Source of the DNA: a virus
Taxonomy: Duplodnaviria > Caudoviricetes
IMG/VR virus record: IMGVR_UViG_3300028790_000007
Location: 1-55,735 of that record
Direction: 5' to 3' (one strand)
DNA: 55,735 nt
Within the stretch, counting starts at the first letter, position 1. Each line of letters opens with the position of its first letter. Made by a program: the position numbers and the translations under genes. The notes beneath the pieces are model-generated. The model made no database searches, was not told the DNA's origin, and was given only the letters and a program-made list of their open reading frames with translations. This document shows, piece after piece, positions 54,068-55,735 of the stretch.

Positions 54068-54398
54068 GCGACTGCGGCGAGGTATTCCGGGCGTGCCTGC
54101 GGCGCATCGAGCGGCCCGCCTGCCCGCGGTGCCCGCTGCCGCTGGGTGACGGGGACCGGGTCACGTACGGCATGCACTGGGTGTGCCTGCGGAGGTGGGA
54201 GCGGTGACCGTCCTCGATCAGCCTCGGGATGAGGTGGGCCGGTTCGCCACGAAGGCCTGCCCGGCGGTGTACGCGCTGCTGGATGAGCTGGCGCCGGTGG
54301 AGGGGACGGAGGGCCGGTACCATCGGGTACCGGCGCCGAGGTGTCCGCACAACCACTTCGCCCGGTGGGCGGCGCGCAATTGCAAGCAGTGCCGGTAG
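54064..54398 (+). other. Two tiny Cys-rich genes (54064-54207, 54204-54398)
   Basis: GTGA overlaps; CxxC..HxxC and CPH.H..CxxC. Confidence 0.45.
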
Positions 54399-54622
54399 GC
54401 TGGCCGTCCACCGTTTGAGTCACGGTAAGGCCGGGGCCCTGCATCTCCCACACGCTGCGGCGGGGAGGGCGGGGCTCCGGCGCGTCTACGCTGTGCCGTG
54501 TCCGGCGGGGACCCAAGCGCACCGTAAGTCCCACGGGCGGGTGTAGCCCTCCGCGCCGACAGCAGGGCCCGTCCTTCTGCCGCCCATCTGGGCTCCCGGC
54601 AGGAGGCGGGCCCTCGCTGCGT

Positions 54623-54955
54623 CTATCCGCGGGCCAGGTGCAGGTTGTCGGACAGGAAGCGGTTACCAGGCCAGCCTCGGGTGTTGCCCTCGTGATGCCA
54701 GTAGCCGTAGGGCACGCCCTCGGAGACGACGAGGATGAACGGGCCCTTGGCGTCCACGCCCTGCCGTTTGACGATGCTGCGTTCGAGGCGGCGGGTGTCC
54801 TTGCCGACCTGGCGGCGGGCTCCGGCCTGCACGCGGCTGGCGCGGCGGTCGAGGTCGCGGAGGATGGGGCCTCCGCCGTCGCGGACGTAGGCGGCCAGCT
54901 TGTCGGGATCGATGTAGACGTAGCTCCCATCACTGGCTACTCGTCCCTTGACCAT
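54623..54955 (-). CDS. HK97 gp10-like tail completion protein
   Basis: DT.RL.RSI, Y..W.HEG, N.FL...L. Confidence 0.7.
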   Translation of the reverse strand: MVKGRVASDGSYVYIDPDKLAAYVRDGGGPILRDLDRRASRVQAGARRQVGKDTRRLERSIVKRQGVDAKGPFILVVSEGVPYGYWHHEGNTRGWPGNRFLSDNLHLARG

Positions 54956-55091
54956 CAGGACCTCCAGTGGCGCCACAGGGCGGGCAGGTTCCACCAGGAC
55001 GGGCGGAGCGCGCACGGCCCTTCGTGGCCGCGGAGACGGGAGCACCACCAGCCGGGCGCGGCCAGCAGGCAGCGGGGTTCGGCGCGGACGG

Positions 55092-55643
55092 TCACAGCAG
55101 GGGGACGGTGAGGCCCACGGCGGCGGCGGCCGCCCCCCCGTCCGGGCCGAGGGTCACCAGGTCATCGACGGTCACCCCGGCCTCGCCGACGGGGGCGCGG
55201 GTGAGGGCGCCGGAGTTGGCGACGGCGAGGACGGCCCGGATGAGGTAGCCCGCGTCGGCGGTGACGAGGAGGCCGTGGGCGTGGAGCGCGTCGGCGGGGG
55301 CGAGGGCGGGCGCGCACCGCACCACCTGCACCTCGAAGGAGGCGGTCTGCGTGTAGCGGCCGGAGTTGGCGGGGGAGGCGCGGGGGACACGCACCGGCTG
55401 CTGGGAGCGGGTCGAGTCGAGGCCGACGAGGATGCGGCCGAGGGTGACGGTGACCTGCCCGGCGGTGTCGTCCCAGGCGACGGCCCGCGGGTCGCCTCCG
55501 GCCACGTAGCGGCGTGCGGGGAGGGCCGGGTAGTCATCGGGGGTGTTGTCGGCGAACCAGCCCACCACGCCGTCGAGGAGGGCCTGCGCCACCGCATCCG
55601 GTGACGCAGGCCCGACTCCGGGCAGGCGGGCGAGTTCGCTCAC
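55092..55643 (-). CDS. Tail terminator-like structural protein
   Basis: VQVVRC.P, GP.GG motifs; located in the neck module. Confidence 0.55.
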   Translation of the reverse strand: MSELARLPGVGPASPDAVAQALLDGVVGWFADNTPDDYPALPARRYVAGGDPRAVAWDDTAGQVTVTLGRILVGLDSTRSQQPVRVPRASPANSGRYTQTASFEVQVVRCAPALAPADALHAHGLLVTADAGYLIRAVLAVANSGALTRAPVGEAGVTVDDLVTLGPDGGAAAAAVGLTVPLL

Positions 55644-55735
55644 TTGCTGGAGGTGTCTCCGGCGCCCTCTACGACGAGGACCTGCACGGCGCCGTCGCGG
55701 GTGGTGCCGCCGTGGGTGCGGTTGGCCTCTCCGCG
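55611..55735. repeat. Terminal direct repeat, copy 2
   Basis: Identical to 12-136. Confidence 0.95.

Noticed and set aside
1-55735. Integrase, reverse transcriptase/DGR, tRNA or rRNA genes
   Set aside because: No tyrosine/serine recombinase or RT motifs, no TR/VR pair and no cloverleaf recognised by eye; a tRNAscan/Infernal/HMM run is needed to be certain.

Overview
Apparently complete ~55.6 kb genome of a very GC-rich actinobacterial siphovirus, assembled as a circle (bases 12-136 recur at 55611-55735). Almost all genes are on the minus strand. The virion set resembles mycobacteriophage cluster B-like phages: TerS, TerL, a portal fused to a MuF-like domain, capsid maturation protease, separate major capsid hexamer and pentamer proteins, adaptor, major tail, a frameshifted tail chaperone, tape measure, Dit, minor tails and a CHAP endolysin. 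Replication and recombination genes are a Rep/O-like initiator with an internal iteron-like origin, a DnaC-like loader, SSB and ERF. No integrase, CI-type repressor, DNA polymerase, helicase or DNA methyltransferase was recognised. The strongest candidate for a new system is a translationally coupled operon: HTH, ORF, ParB-like, TET/JBP-type 2OG-Fe(II) dioxygenase, TET-associated glycosyltransferase, PIG-L/LmbE deacetylase, with a P-loop kinase nearby. It suggests thymine hypermodification with a de-N-acetylated (cationic) amino sugar. Also notable: an AICE/plasmid-type FtsK/Tra translocase inside the head module, nine copies of a promoter/operator cassette driving accessory genes scattered through the structural region, a second class of leaderless promoters, and recurring putative maturation-cleavage motifs. 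All family calls come from motif recognition by eye, not database searches.
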